A DNA stretch of 124,000 bases from Hyalangium minutum (GCF_000737315.1 NZ_JMCB01000003.1:144001-268000); one strand, 5' to 3'; shown: positions 46,591 to 56,345, counted from the stretch's first letter. A program made the numbers and translations. Notes: generated from the sequence alone by a model not told the origin.

Positions 46591-46929
46591 GTGTTCCTCG
46601 TCATCACGCTGCTGGACCAGGTAGAGCAGCTCGAGCGGGCGATCCGCCGGCTCCGGGATTTTGGAATTCCGGAGCCGCTGGTGGTCCGTGCTCGGAGCGC
46701 GGCGGCCGCCCTGTCGGCCGAGGTGCCTGTCTTCGCGGGCCTGCGCAGTCTGGCGCTGGGCGCGGACGAGGATCGGCTTCTGCTCTTGAGCTTGCTGCCT
46801 CAGCCCAGCGCGGAGGAAGCCGAGCGGCTGATCCAGCGCGTCCAGTTGGAGATGGACGCGGACGAGCCCCCCATGGGGCGGCTGGTGGCGCTGCCGGTGA
46901 TCGCGGCCCCGCTCTTTCGCCGACCGTGA
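46591..46929 (+). CDS. Small hypothetical protein upstream of antiporter pair (possibly PII-like/ferredoxin-like fold)
   Basis: 112 aa soluble ORF in same orientation as two antiporter genes. Confidence 0.5.
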   Translation: MFLVITLLDQVEQLERAIRRLRDFGIPEPLVVRARSAAAALSAEVPVFAGLRSLALGADEDRLLLLSLLPQPSAEEAERLIQRVQLEMDADEPPMGRLVALPVIAAPLFRRP

Positions 46930-46962
46930 CGAGGGCGCCCGGGCGGTGTAAGCACGGGAGCC

Positions 46963-48165
46963 ATGCAGGCGCTGCTCGTCTTCCTCGCCATCGCGGCGCT
47001 CTCATTGCTTGCTTCAAGCCGGATCCTGCTGGATCCCAGCCGGTTGCCCGGTGTGGCCCAGCTGGCGGCCAGCGGGCTCACTTTCCTCGTCTTCGGTATC
47101 CTGCTGGGGCCGGGGCTCGTGGGTGTGCTTTCCCCGGTGGATCTCCAGGGGCTCCTGCCCGTGGTGTCCCTGGGGCTCGGCACGGCCGGCGTCATTCTGG
47201 GGCTGAACCTGGAGCCACGGCTCTTGCGGCGGCTGCCCCGGCCGGTGTTCTTCGCCGCCCTGGCTCACTCCGGGGTGGCTTTTCTTTTTGTCGCGGTGCC
47301 GCTGTCGGGCGCCATGCTGGTGACCACCCGGCTGCCCTTCGCGGCGGTGGTGGGCGGCGCGGCGCTGCTGGGCGCGGCGGCCAGCTTGTCCTCTGGCCAC
47401 TTCGCGGTGATGGGCTACCGGAGCGGGCGGATGGAGCGCTCGCGCGGGCTGGCCGTGGCGCTGCTGACCATGCTGGATGACGGGGTGGGGCTGATGGTGC
47501 TGGCCTTGGCCCTGGTGCTGGGCGCGGGGGCCAGCGTGGCCGAGGGCGTGGGGTTGGTGGCCCTGGCGCTCCTGCTGGGCGTAATGTGCGGCGCGCTGAT
47601 CGCTTTCCTCACGTATGCACTGAAGGACGTGGCCGAGCTGACGGCGGTGATGCTGGGCGGCGTGGCGCTGGTAGGCGGCGCGGCGGCGTACCTGCGCGTG
47701 TCAGCGCTGCTGGCGGGCGTGGCCTGCGGGGCGACGCTGGCGCTGGTGGGCGGCCGGGCGGTGGAGCAGGTGGCGCGGGCGCTCGGGCGCTTCGAGCGGC
47801 CCACCTATTTGATGATGGTGTTCCTCGCGGGCTGCTTCGTGCAGGCGCGCGACGTGGACGCGTGGGTGCTGCTGCCGGGGTACGTGGCGCTGCGGTTCCT
47901 CGGGAAGGTGTGGGGCGGCTCGCTGGCGCAGCGCTTCGCGGCGAACACGCTGGATCTGCCCTCTCAGCTCGGCTTCGCGCTCATTGCCCAGGGTGGGCTG
48001 GCGCTGTGCCTGGTGGTCCAGTACCTGCTGCTGGTGCCTGGGCCGCTGTCGCAGCACATCTTCGACGTGGTGGCCCTGGGCGCGGTGGTGAACGAGGTGC
48101 TGGCGAGCCGGGCCTTCCGGCAGGTGCTCGATCCGCACAGGCGGGCCCGGGAGGGCACGGCATGA
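46963..48165 (+). CDS. Cation/proton antiporter-like membrane protein (CPA2-like), copy A
   Basis: About 12 TM helices, LTMLDD, R.LGK, QGG.A motifs. Confidence 0.75.
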   Translation: MQALLVFLAIAALSLLASSRILLDPSRLPGVAQLAASGLTFLVFGILLGPGLVGVLSPVDLQGLLPVVSLGLGTAGVILGLNLEPRLLRRLPRPVFFAALAHSGVAFLFVAVPLSGAMLVTTRLPFAAVVGGAALLGAAASLSSGHFAVMGYRSGRMERSRGLAVALLTMLDDGVGLMVLALALVLGAGASVAEGVGLVALALLLGVMCGALIAFLTYALKDVAELTAVMLGGVALVGGAAAYLRVSALLAGVACGATLALVGGRAVEQVARALGRFERPTYLMMVFLAGCFVQARDVDAWVLLPGYVALRFLGKVWGGSLAQRFAANTLDLPSQLGFALIAQGGLALCLVVQYLLLVPGPLSQHIFDVVALGAVVNEVLASRAFRQVLDPHRRAREGTA

Positions 48166-49460
48166 AGGGCGCGATCATCCGCTTGGGGCTGCTGGTCATG
48201 CTGCTGGCGGGCATCTCCCGGGTCCAGGAGTGGCGCGTGGACACCGGCAACTCGGTGATGCTGGCGGCCGGGGCGCTGCTGTTGTGCGGGCTGTTCGCGG
48301 GCAAGGTGGCCAAGGGCGTGGGGCTCCCGCGCCTCACGGGCTATTTGCTGGTGGGCGTGGTGGTGGGGCCCTACGCGCTGGGCTTCATCCCCGGCGAGGG
48401 CGTGAAGGGGCTGGAACTGGTGAAGGGGCTGGCGGTGAGCCTCATCGCCCTGGTGGCGGGCACGGAGCTGCACCTGGGGCTCATCCGCCGGGTGGGCACG
48501 AAGGTGGCCCTGCTGTGCACTGCCGTGTGCGGGGTGACGTTCGCGGTGTGCTTCGGGGCGCTGTTCGCGCTCAGGCCGCTGCTGCCCTTCCTCGCGTCCA
48601 TGACGGTGCCGCAGGCCCTGGCCACGAGCGCCCTGGTGTCCACCGTGGTGGTGTCCTTCTCGCCCACGGTGACGATCGCCATCGTCCAGGAGACCTCGGC
48701 GCGCGGCCCCTTCACCGAGTTCCTCATGGCCCTGGTCATCATCGGCGACCTGTTCGTCATGGTGGCCTTCGCGCTGGCGGCCGGTGTCACCCGCGCCAGC
48801 TTCGGCGGGGGCTTCGATCTCAAGGGGCTGCTGGGCGGGGTGGGGTGGGAGCTGTTCGGCTCGGTGGGGGTGGGGGCGCTGCTGGCGGTGGCGATGCTCA
48901 TCTACATGCGCCGGGTGAACCGGGAGCTGCCGCTGTTCCTGGTGGCCCTGTGCTTCGCGGCGGCCGAGGGCGGTGCACGGCTGCACTTGTCCCCGCTGCT
49001 GGTGTCGCTGTCGGCCGGGGCATTGATCGCCAACCTGGACGAGCGCGAGAGCCAGCGCATCCACCACGCCATCCAGATGGCGGGCCTGCCCGTGTTCGCG
49101 CTCTTCTTCGCGGCGGCGGGCGCGGGGTTGAAGCTGTCCACGCTGGTGACAGTGGGGCCGGCGGCGCTGCTGCTGGTGGCGCTGCGGGCGCTGGCCATCC
49201 ACCAGTCCTGCCGCCGCTTCGCGCCCGTCGAGGACCCCCGGCTGCGGCGCTACCTGTGGATGGGGCTCATCTCCCAGGCGGGCGTCACTTTCGGGCTGGC
49301 GGCGCTCATCTCGCGGACCTTCCCAAGTTTTGGGCCCCAAGTGGAGGTGCTCATCGTCGCGATGATTACCACCCACGAACTGGTGGGCCCCGTGCTTACC
49401 CGCCGGGCACTGGAGCGCAGTGGGGAAGCGCGAGGGGACGAACGCCCGCAGACAGCGTAA
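48162..49460 (+). CDS. Cation/proton antiporter (CPA2-like), copy B
   Basis: GLPRLTGYLLVG...GP, SFSPT, IIGD, SQAGV; ATGA overlap with copy A. Confidence 0.8.
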   Translation: MKGAIIRLGLLVMLLAGISRVQEWRVDTGNSVMLAAGALLLCGLFAGKVAKGVGLPRLTGYLLVGVVVGPYALGFIPGEGVKGLELVKGLAVSLIALVAGTELHLGLIRRVGTKVALLCTAVCGVTFAVCFGALFALRPLLPFLASMTVPQALATSALVSTVVVSFSPTVTIAIVQETSARGPFTEFLMALVIIGDLFVMVAFALAAGVTRASFGGGFDLKGLLGGVGWELFGSVGVGALLAVAMLIYMRRVNRELPLFLVALCFAAAEGGARLHLSPLLVSLSAGALIANLDERESQRIHHAIQMAGLPVFALFFAAAGAGLKLSTLVTVGPAALLLVALRALAIHQSCRRFAPVEDPRLRRYLWMGLISQAGVTFGLAALISRTFPSFGPQVEVLIVAMITTHELVGPVLTRRALERSGEARGDERPQTA

Positions 49461-49484
49461 GCTAGGCGTTTCAGGAGAACCGGC

Positions 49485-50096
49485 TTGGCAGCGCCCATCA
49501 TCGAAGTAGACATTCAACACCCCCAGCCTCGGCATATTGCACGCGCAGTGCAGGTCCTCGAGCGTGGGGGCGTCATCGCCTATCCCACCGACACGTACTA
49601 CGGCCTGGGGTGCGACCTGATGTCGAAGAAGGCCATCGAGCGGCTGTACCAGCTCAAGGGGCGCGACAAGAAGAAGCCGCTGTCGTTCCTGTGCCCGGAC
49701 CTGTCGGACGTGGCGAAGTACGGGCACGTGAGCAACTTCGCCTACCGGACCATGAAGGGGCTGACGCCGGGAGCCTTCACGTTCATCCTCGAGGCCACCC
49801 GCGTGGTGCCCGAGATCATGATGTCGAAGCAGAAGCAGGTGGGCATCCGCGTGCCGGATGCGCCGCTGGCCCGGGCGCTGGCCGCGGGGCTGGGCCGGCC
49901 GATCATCACCACCTCGGCCAGCGACAGCGAGGGCGAACCTCTCATCGACGCCAAGGACATCAAGGAGAAGCTCGGACACGGATTGGATCTGATCCTCGAC
50001 GGAGGCGTGACGCTCATGGAGCCGTCCACGGTGGTGTCGCTGATTGGCGACTCGCTGGAAATCCTCCGCGAGGGCAAGGGCCGGCTGGACGCCTAG
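49485..50096 (+). CDS. Sua5/YciO/YrdC family protein
   Basis: IAYPTDT.YGLGC, PG..TFIL, GIRVPD, PSTVV. Confidence 0.9.
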   Translation: MAAPIIEVDIQHPQPRHIARAVQVLERGGVIAYPTDTYYGLGCDLMSKKAIERLYQLKGRDKKKPLSFLCPDLSDVAKYGHVSNFAYRTMKGLTPGAFTFILEATRVVPEIMMSKQKQVGIRVPDAPLARALAAGLGRPIITTSASDSEGEPLIDAKDIKEKLGHGLDLILDGGVTLMEPSTVVSLIGDSLEILREGKGRLDA

Positions 50097-50145
50097 GGGC
50101 AGGGGGAACGGCTTGGTCGATCTGCATGGCTCGCACGAGGCGTCA

Positions 50146-51132
50146 ATGGATGCGCCGGAGCGCATCCCCGGGATGCTCTCGCTGTTCTGGATGCTGCTGT
50201 GGCGGCCGGTGGATCTGCACTACCGGCTGCATGGCGCGGGCATCCGGGCCCCGGGCGGGCGTGTGGGGCAGCTCTGGCACGAGCAGGCCGAGGGCAGCCG
50301 CGCCGCGGGCCGCTATGTGCGGCGGATGATGATGTTGCTGCTGCTCATCTCTCCGTTGGTCACCTTCATCCTGGGCGTCGGAGTGCATGGCCTGGGGCTG
50401 ACGATGGCGCCTGGGTGGCTGGTGAGCGCGGTGCTGTGCTCGGTGATGGGGTTGTTCATTGCGCTCACCACGGGGCTGGCGGCTGGGACGTTGATGGGGC
50501 TGCTGGCCAGCCAGGCCATGGTGGTGGGCCTGCATGCGGTGGTGGGAGAGGCGTTCGGGCCTCGCATGGGAGGGTGGGCCGGCGTCGTCATGGGCGGATG
50601 CCTGGGGTTGGTGGGAGGGCTGTGCGCGGGCAGCATCGGCGCGCTCTCGCGCGGCCAGGGCCTGTCGATCAACCGCGTCCAGGTGGGCGCCATCGTGCTG
50701 AGCCTGGTGCCGATGACGGTGTGGGGACTGGGTGGGGCGTGGGGGTTCGGGGGCGCCGTGGCGGCGAGCGCGCTGGTGGCGTACCTGGTGGCTGCGTTCC
50801 GGCTGCCCATCTTCCTGTTGGAATCCGTGGTGCAGGCGGTGGTCTTCGCCCTGGAGCGGTGGATGGGCTGGGCCACGCTGCGGTGGGCTCCCATCAATCA
50901 CCACAACCTGAGCTACCTGCCATACCCCTTCCTGGCCGAGCACATGACGCTGGCGGCCCGCACGCGGCCCATGGAAGTGTTGGATGTGGCCAACGCGTGC
51001 CTGAAGTCTCCGGGCAACGCCCTGCTGGGGTGGCCCTGGGTGTTGGCGGCGCTGGCGCAGGCCGAGGAGGCGGCAGCGGCGGCAGCGGCGGCGCATCAAG
51101 CGCACGAAGAGGGGCCTCCCGAGGCGCCGTGA
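50146..51132 (+). CDS. Hypothetical polytopic membrane protein
   Basis: Multiple Gly-rich TM helices. Confidence 0.6.
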   Translation: MDAPERIPGMLSLFWMLLWRPVDLHYRLHGAGIRAPGGRVGQLWHEQAEGSRAAGRYVRRMMMLLLLISPLVTFILGVGVHGLGLTMAPGWLVSAVLCSVMGLFIALTTGLAAGTLMGLLASQAMVVGLHAVVGEAFGPRMGGWAGVVMGGCLGLVGGLCAGSIGALSRGQGLSINRVQVGAIVLSLVPMTVWGLGGAWGFGGAVAASALVAYLVAAFRLPIFLLESVVQAVVFALERWMGWATLRWAPINHHNLSYLPYPFLAEHMTLAARTRPMEVLDVANACLKSPGNALLGWPWVLAALAQAEEAAAAAAAAHQAHEEGPPEAP

Positions 51133-51168
51133 GGTTGCCAAGGCGCGCTGCTCCGCTACCCTGACGCC

Positions 51169-52110
51169 ATGGAAGGGCTGCTCGATGCATTCATCGCCTT
51201 CATCCGTGCCGAGCGCGGACTGTCCGGCAAGACGGTGGACGCCTACGCCGCGGACCTCACGGTGTACTTCGAGGATCTGCGTGCGCGCGGCATCCTCGAT
51301 GTGGCGCGGATGACCAAGGAGGACGTGGTCGAGCACTTGCGGCGGCTTGGGCAGCGCGGCCTGTCGAGGCGCAGCCAGGCGCGGCACCTGGCGGCCGTGC
51401 GGGGCTTCCACCGGTTCCTGATCGCGGAGAAGCTGGCGGAGAAGGATCCCACCGAGGACATGGACACGCCTCGGTCCGAGCGCAAGCTGCCGTCCTTCCT
51501 CACGCTGGAAGAGGTGGAGCAGCTGCTGGCAGCGCCGGACGAGCGCCATCCCGAGGGCCTCCGGGACAAGGCGATGCTGGAGCTGCTGTACGCCACGGGC
51601 CTGCGCGTGAGCGAGCTGTGTGGCCTGGGCATCAACGACGTGCAGCTGGGGGCGGGCTACCTGGTGGCAAAGGGCAAGGGCTCGAAGGAGCGTGTCGTCC
51701 CGGTGGGCAGCAAGGCGGTGGAGAAGGTCCAGGAGTACCTGGAGGGGACGCGGCAGCTGCTGCTGAAGCAGAGCGACTCGCGGGCCCTCTTCGTGACGCG
51801 CCGGGGCGGCCCCTTCACGCGCATGGGCTTTTGGAAGCTGCTCAAGCGCTACGCTCTCAAGGCGGGCATCCGCAAGCCGCTGTCGCCCCACAAGCTGAGG
51901 CACTCGTTCGCCACCCACCTCGTGGAGCGAGGGGCGGATCTGCGAGCGGTCCAGGCCATGCTCGGCCATGCGGATCTGGCCACCACGCAGATCTATACGC
52001 ACGTGAACAGCGCCCGGCTTCGTGCCGTGTACGATCAGCACCACCCTCGGAGCGACTCTGCTCCGCCTGTGCCTCGCCCGAAGAGACGCCGGGCCGAGGC
52101 TGGGGGCTGA
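51169..52110 (+). CDS. xerD: Tyrosine recombinase XerD
   Basis: RDKAMLELLYATGLRVSEL, GKGSKER, SPHKLRHSFATHL..GADLR.VQ.MLGH.D..TTQIYTHV. Confidence 0.93.
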   Translation: MEGLLDAFIAFIRAERGLSGKTVDAYAADLTVYFEDLRARGILDVARMTKEDVVEHLRRLGQRGLSRRSQARHLAAVRGFHRFLIAEKLAEKDPTEDMDTPRSERKLPSFLTLEEVEQLLAAPDERHPEGLRDKAMLELLYATGLRVSELCGLGINDVQLGAGYLVAKGKGSKERVVPVGSKAVEKVQEYLEGTRQLLLKQSDSRALFVTRRGGPFTRMGFWKLLKRYALKAGIRKPLSPHKLRHSFATHLVERGADLRAVQAMLGHADLATTQIYTHVNSARLRAVYDQHHPRSDSAPPVPRPKRRRAEAGG

Positions 52111-52163
52111 AATTCCCCGGGCAGGAGGTTTGAGGAAGGCCCAGGTGCATCTACTCTGGGGAG

Positions 52164-52985
52164 GTGACTTCCCGCCTCTTGCGTTTGCCAGCCTCGGGCC
52201 GGCTTCTGGCCGCCACGGACATCCAGGGCAACCTGCGGGATTTTCAGCGCATGCTGGCCCTCTTCGAGGAGTCTCCGCACGATAGCGTCCTCGTCTTCAC
52301 CGGGGATCTGATCCACGGCCCGGACGAGTACACGGAGGACCACTGGCCGGACTACCTCGGCACGCCCTACAAGGATGAGTCCCCGGAGGTGGTGCGGCTG
52401 CTGGCGGAGGCGCAGGCGCGTTACCCCGGCCGGGTGCACAGCCTGCTGGGCAACCACGAGCACTCGCACGTGGGCGGCCCGCGCACCGCCAAGTTCCACC
52501 ACGACGAGGCCCAAGCGCTTGAGGAGCGCATGAGCCCCGAGGACGCCGAGTCCATGCGCGCGCTCTTCCGCCAGTTCCCGCTGGTGGCCGCCGCGCCCAA
52601 CGGCGTGGTGCTGCTGCACGCCTCGCCCTCCGCGACGCTGAACCACGTCGATGAGTTCAAGTCCGTGGAGTTGGAGGGCTATGCTCATATGGGCATCGAA
52701 GAGTTCTTCCACATCCCCGTGCTCGGGGCGACGCTGTGGAGCCGCATGGCGCTGCCTGAGCAGGCCCGTGCCTTCCTGAAGCCGCTGGGTGGCCGCATCG
52801 CCATCTATGGCCACGACGTGGTGCGCGAGGGCTACGAGAAGGTGGGGGACGAGCAGCTCTGCGTCTCCACGAGCTTTGCCCTCTTCGACAAGGACAAGGT
52901 CTACGTGGAGCTGGATCTCTCCAAGACCTATCCCAATGTGCACGCCCTGCGGGACGGTGTGGAACTCAAGAGGCTCCACGGCTGA
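52164..52985 (+). CDS. Metallophosphoesterase
   Basis: TDIQGN, TGDLIHG, LGNHE, GHD. Confidence 0.8.
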   Translation: MTSRLLRLPASGRLLAATDIQGNLRDFQRMLALFEESPHDSVLVFTGDLIHGPDEYTEDHWPDYLGTPYKDESPEVVRLLAEAQARYPGRVHSLLGNHEHSHVGGPRTAKFHHDEAQALEERMSPEDAESMRALFRQFPLVAAAPNGVVLLHASPSATLNHVDEFKSVELEGYAHMGIEEFFHIPVLGATLWSRMALPEQARAFLKPLGGRIAIYGHDVVREGYEKVGDEQLCVSTSFALFDKDKVYVELDLSKTYPNVHALRDGVELKRLHG

Positions 52986-52990
52986 GCTCA

Positions 52991-53863
52991 TTGCAAGGAA
53001 TGGCCTCCCGGACGCAGGGACTGCGAGGCGTGCTATGGTCCCGTTCCATGCAGCGCTCGATCCTCTCTTGGCAGGGCTTTTCGGTGCTCGCCGCTGCTAT
53101 CACACTGGAGTGCACGCCCTCCGGTGTCATCAGGCCCGACGAGGAGACGCAAGATCCCGACATCGTACGGCCTTCTTCTAGAGAGTCACGCTTGGAAACA
53201 CTTCCAGGACCGATGCTCGGCCCATTTGACTCCTACACCACTGCGCTTGAAACCGCCTGCGAGCACTTTCTAAAGAAACCCCATTCGAGCGCCGGACGTA
53301 AACCGCCCTCCACAGCCCTCCGTGAGGAGCAAGTTGCCTTTGAGCTGCGCTGGCGGGTATCCAAAGAGTATTGCGCCTGGATGTATTATACCCCCGATGG
53401 CAAATACAAGATAAGCAAACTGACAGACGTCACGAAGTCCAACGCCTTCGGGAAGAAGGTGAACTGCCTCATTCCTTCGAAAGTAGAGGACCGTGATTAC
53501 CCATCAGACAGCATCAAATACGTCTTTCTCCTCCACAGCCACCCATACGACACACCCATCTCCGAGGACGACATCCTCTTTCTCGAGCGTGAAGGAGAGC
53601 GACACGGCTTCGACCCCGAAACCCAGGACAGAAAAAAACTGAGAATTTCCATCGTCGCCTTTTTCTCGCACGACGACGGCGCCCCCGCTTGCGATGGCTT
53701 CTACATCTACTCGGCCCAAACCACTCGGATCTTCAAATGGACTCGCACCCAAGGCCATCTCGCCTGCGAGCAGACTCATGTTGTCGATTGGCGTGACTAT
53801 GACAACTTCGATCTGAGCATCACTTCGTCAGTGGCGCCCTGCCCGGGCAAGGGGACTCCATGA
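52991..53863 (+). CDS. Hypothetical exported protein with JAB/MPN-like motif (true start probably downstream)
   Basis: EYCAWMY ... LHSHPYDTPISEDD; low GC. Confidence 0.55.
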   Translation: MQGMASRTQGLRGVLWSRSMQRSILSWQGFSVLAAAITLECTPSGVIRPDEETQDPDIVRPSSRESRLETLPGPMLGPFDSYTTALETACEHFLKKPHSSAGRKPPSTALREEQVAFELRWRVSKEYCAWMYYTPDGKYKISKLTDVTKSNAFGKKVNCLIPSKVEDRDYPSDSIKYVFLLHSHPYDTPISEDDILFLEREGERHGFDPETQDRKKLRISIVAFFSHDDGAPACDGFYIYSAQTTRIFKWTRTQGHLACEQTHVVDWRDYDNFDLSITSSVAPCPGKGTP

Positions 53864-54516
53864 GAACTCCATGCCTCCTGGTTTGCATCATCTTATTATT
53901 GAGTTGTGTGAAGAGCCCCATGCCCCCTCAGCCGTCGTCAGGGGAAGATGAGTCTATTGTCTTTCCAGATTTCTCCGGCCCGGTCTCCAATGTGGTCAGT
54001 CAGTCTGGGGGGGCATATGATGTGGATGGCGCGACGCTGCAGGCCCTTGTGACCGCACTCAGCGATTTCCTGCCGACGGATTCCCAAAACCCTTCGTGCT
54101 GGAACAGACCCGATGCCTGGCGCTACCGGGTCATCCGCCAAGAAAATACCTTCTTCATTCGCATCCAAGCAGATCCGGCTTTTTGCGCGGGCAAGATCAT
54201 GATGCTGGACTCTGGCGCGAAATACGCGATCAGCAGTGATGGCCGAATCCTCCGACGCTTGTTCACAGGTCAGCCGGACTGGACCACGGGTTCGGAAGCT
54301 TCGGGAACTGGTGACGGCCCAGGAGATGCCAGCACGAGCAAGCCTCCTGTTGATGCCGATATTGCTGGCGTTTTGGAGTCGACCTGGAGCGAGTCTCGGG
54401 TATGGCCGGATGGAGGGGTCAAACAATCTGGCGCGAAGCCACAGCATGAAGGTCTTGGCACTCTGGATGGTGGTATTCCTCTGGACGGCGGGGAACTCTC
54501 CCCTCCAGTCAGGTGA
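53860..54516 (+). CDS. Hypothetical lipoprotein, partner of upstream gene
   Basis: ILLLSC lipobox, ATGA overlap, low GC. Confidence 0.65.
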   Translation: MRTPCLLVCIILLLSCVKSPMPPQPSSGEDESIVFPDFSGPVSNVVSQSGGAYDVDGATLQALVTALSDFLPTDSQNPSCWNRPDAWRYRVIRQENTFFIRIQADPAFCAGKIMMLDSGAKYAISSDGRILRRLFTGQPDWTTGSEASGTGDGPGDASTSKPPVDADIAGVLESTWSESRVWPDGGVKQSGAKPQHEGLGTLDGGIPLDGGELSPPVR

Positions 54517-54600
54517 CCTGCTCTTCTCCGGAGCGTCCCTCTTCACGAGGATCGTCTCCAGGCAAGGGCGCAATTCTGCTGAAGTTTTCGCACCGCCCGG

Positions 54601-54628
54601 CGCGGGTTCGATTCCCGCCTCCTCCACT
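54601..54628 (+). other. Orphan tmRNA/tRNA 3'-end fragment (T-arm + acceptor half), att-like scar
   Basis: CGCGGG-TTCGATT-CCCGC-CTCCTCCACT; no 5' half upstream. Confidence 0.65.
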
Positions 54629-54742
54629 TTTTCATACTGGCCCACTCCGCTTTCGCTTGGTGCCGGGGCGTGCTGGTCCGCTCCAGCGGAGAGTCCGCGC
54701 AGCCTTGACCGCGGCATCTCGCTGGATTGAAAGGAAGTGGCC

Positions 54743-55582
54743 ATGCGTCTCCGAACATGCAGCGCACTCCTGCTCTTGCTCCTACTCCCGGCCTGCGCCA
54801 CGACGGCGCCGAGCCCGGATAGCGCGGTGCCCCCCAACCAGAGGATCGCCAACCTGCAGAGGGCGGCGCAGTACCCCTGGACGGATGACGGGCAGTGCGT
54901 GGTGCGAGAGGCCTCCAACGAGTGGGAGGTTTTGGCGAAGCGATGCTTTCACGCTCTCGACCCGAAGAAGATCCAGTTTCGAGATGTGACGGGAAGATGC
55001 GCTCTGGCCTCGGCGGGGGCGGCTGTCGTGGGAGTGGGGCTCTGCATCTTTGTGGCACCCGAGATCATCGTGGGCGCGATCATCATCACTGGCGCCGTGG
55101 TGGTGGCAGTCGTCATCAAAGAGGAGTTAGACGCATATGAGCGAGGGGCATCCCGTGAGCGTGGGAGACCCAAGACTCAGACACGGCCATCCACTGAGCA
55201 GGAACCCGTGTCGAATCGGAAGCCCAAAGCGGAAGAGTCCCCATTGGGTAGGGATTGGTTTCCCCCAGACCCGCCAGTCTCCTCGGACCCCCATGATCGC
55301 CGCCCCGAGTGCACGCCCAGACGGGCTTCTCATCGTGGCGGCAACGACCCGCACAACGACTGCGCCGACTTCATTCCGCAGAACAGCTTTCCCGGCTGGG
55401 ATGTTCTCGTCAATGGCAAGCACTTCGATGCGCTGCAAGGGGCCACGCGCACTCTTTGGGAGGTCAAGACCGACAATTTCGACACGTACACGGACGACCT
55501 CAAGGACATCGTGGTCAGAAGTCAGGTGCCAAAGTTGCGGGACGAGCGCGCCCTCGCGATCGTCGTCATGGACTGGTGCTGA
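54743..55582 (+). CDS. Lipoprotein polymorphic toxin with PD-(D/E)xK nuclease C-terminus (DUF6310-like)
   Basis: LLLPAC lipobox, central hydrophobic segment, VNGKHFDA...LWEVKTD, ends VVMDWC. Confidence 0.7.
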   Translation: MRLRTCSALLLLLLLPACATTAPSPDSAVPPNQRIANLQRAAQYPWTDDGQCVVREASNEWEVLAKRCFHALDPKKIQFRDVTGRCALASAGAAVVGVGLCIFVAPEIIVGAIIITGAVVVAVVIKEELDAYERGASRERGRPKTQTRPSTEQEPVSNRKPKAEESPLGRDWFPPDPPVSSDPHDRRPECTPRRASHRGGNDPHNDCADFIPQNSFPGWDVLVNGKHFDALQGATRTLWEVKTDNFDTYTDDLKDIVVRSQVPKLRDERALAIVVMDWC

Positions 55583-55583
55583 G

Positions 55584-56345
55584 ATGGCAGGCACGCAAAA
55601 ATCCCTACGCCTTGCCGTCTACGCTCCTGCGCTAACTCTGGACGATCGCCGTCCTTTGGCCGTTGTCCATGGAATGGAACGCACGTTCCCCGGCTTGCAT
55701 CTGGGGTGGATGATTTCCGAAGCAGGGCAGCGCATTCCACTGCCGGATCGAGATGCTTTTGTCTCCCGCGAGAGGAAGGACGGGGGATTTCCGCTTCTGC
55801 GGAACGGTGATGAGACGTTCCGGGTGACCGTGACGGGATTGGAAAGCCCAGCGGGCACTTCGCCGGGGGGGAAGGCACAGTTTGAAGTCCAGGCGGTCCT
55901 GCCATTGAACGCAACCGGCATCGCGGCGGCGGCGGATGTGCTGGAGGCCGTAGGCGAGGATGCACGCGCGTTCTGGGGGCGCGTGCTGCCAGAGGGGATG
56001 GCCGTGACAGTGTCGGAGCAGTTTCGCCACTCGGGGGAGGAGCCGCATATCCCGCCGAAAGGGCTCCCCTCGCTCAAACTCCCATGGAAACTCCCCGCGC
56101 CTGAGATTCCGCATTACCTTGGGTGGCTGAACTACTGGTCCGACGCTGCCGCACGCGCCATCGGGTTCCCAGACCCTGCCCGCGACTCGGAGCTGCTGTC
56201 GCGCGCACGGCGCACGGCGACGGGAGGGTGGATTGTCCGGCTCACGGATGCGCCGCTCGATCTCGACAACCCCGCCCACCTGAACGCGCTCCTGCGCGCA
56301 TATGAGCGCTTCCCGGAGATCGGCGGGCGTACTCCGAGCCGCTGA
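55584..56345 (+). CDS. Cognate immunity protein (DUF5953-like)
   Basis: Starts 1 bp after toxin stop; LGWLNYWS..AA..IGFPDP.RD..LL.RARRT..GGW.V.LTD.PLDLDNP.H motif. Confidence 0.72.
   Translation: MAGTQKSLRLAVYAPALTLDDRRPLAVVHGMERTFPGLHLGWMISEAGQRIPLPDRDAFVSRERKDGGFPLLRNGDETFRVTVTGLESPAGTSPGGKAQFEVQAVLPLNATGIAAAADVLEAVGEDARAFWGRVLPEGMAVTVSEQFRHSGEEPHIPPKGLPSLKLPWKLPAPEIPHYLGWLNYWSDAAARAIGFPDPARDSELLSRARRTATGGWIVRLTDAPLDLDNPAHLNALLRAYERFPEIGGRTPSR

Noticed and set aside
51169-52110. XerD as integrase of the 53-56 kb patch
   Set aside because: Typical chromosomal XerD with host-like GC, separated from the patch by a backbone phosphoesterase gene
54560-54635. Possible complete tRNA gene
   Set aside because: Only the T-arm and 3' acceptor half are present; no cloverleaf can be built
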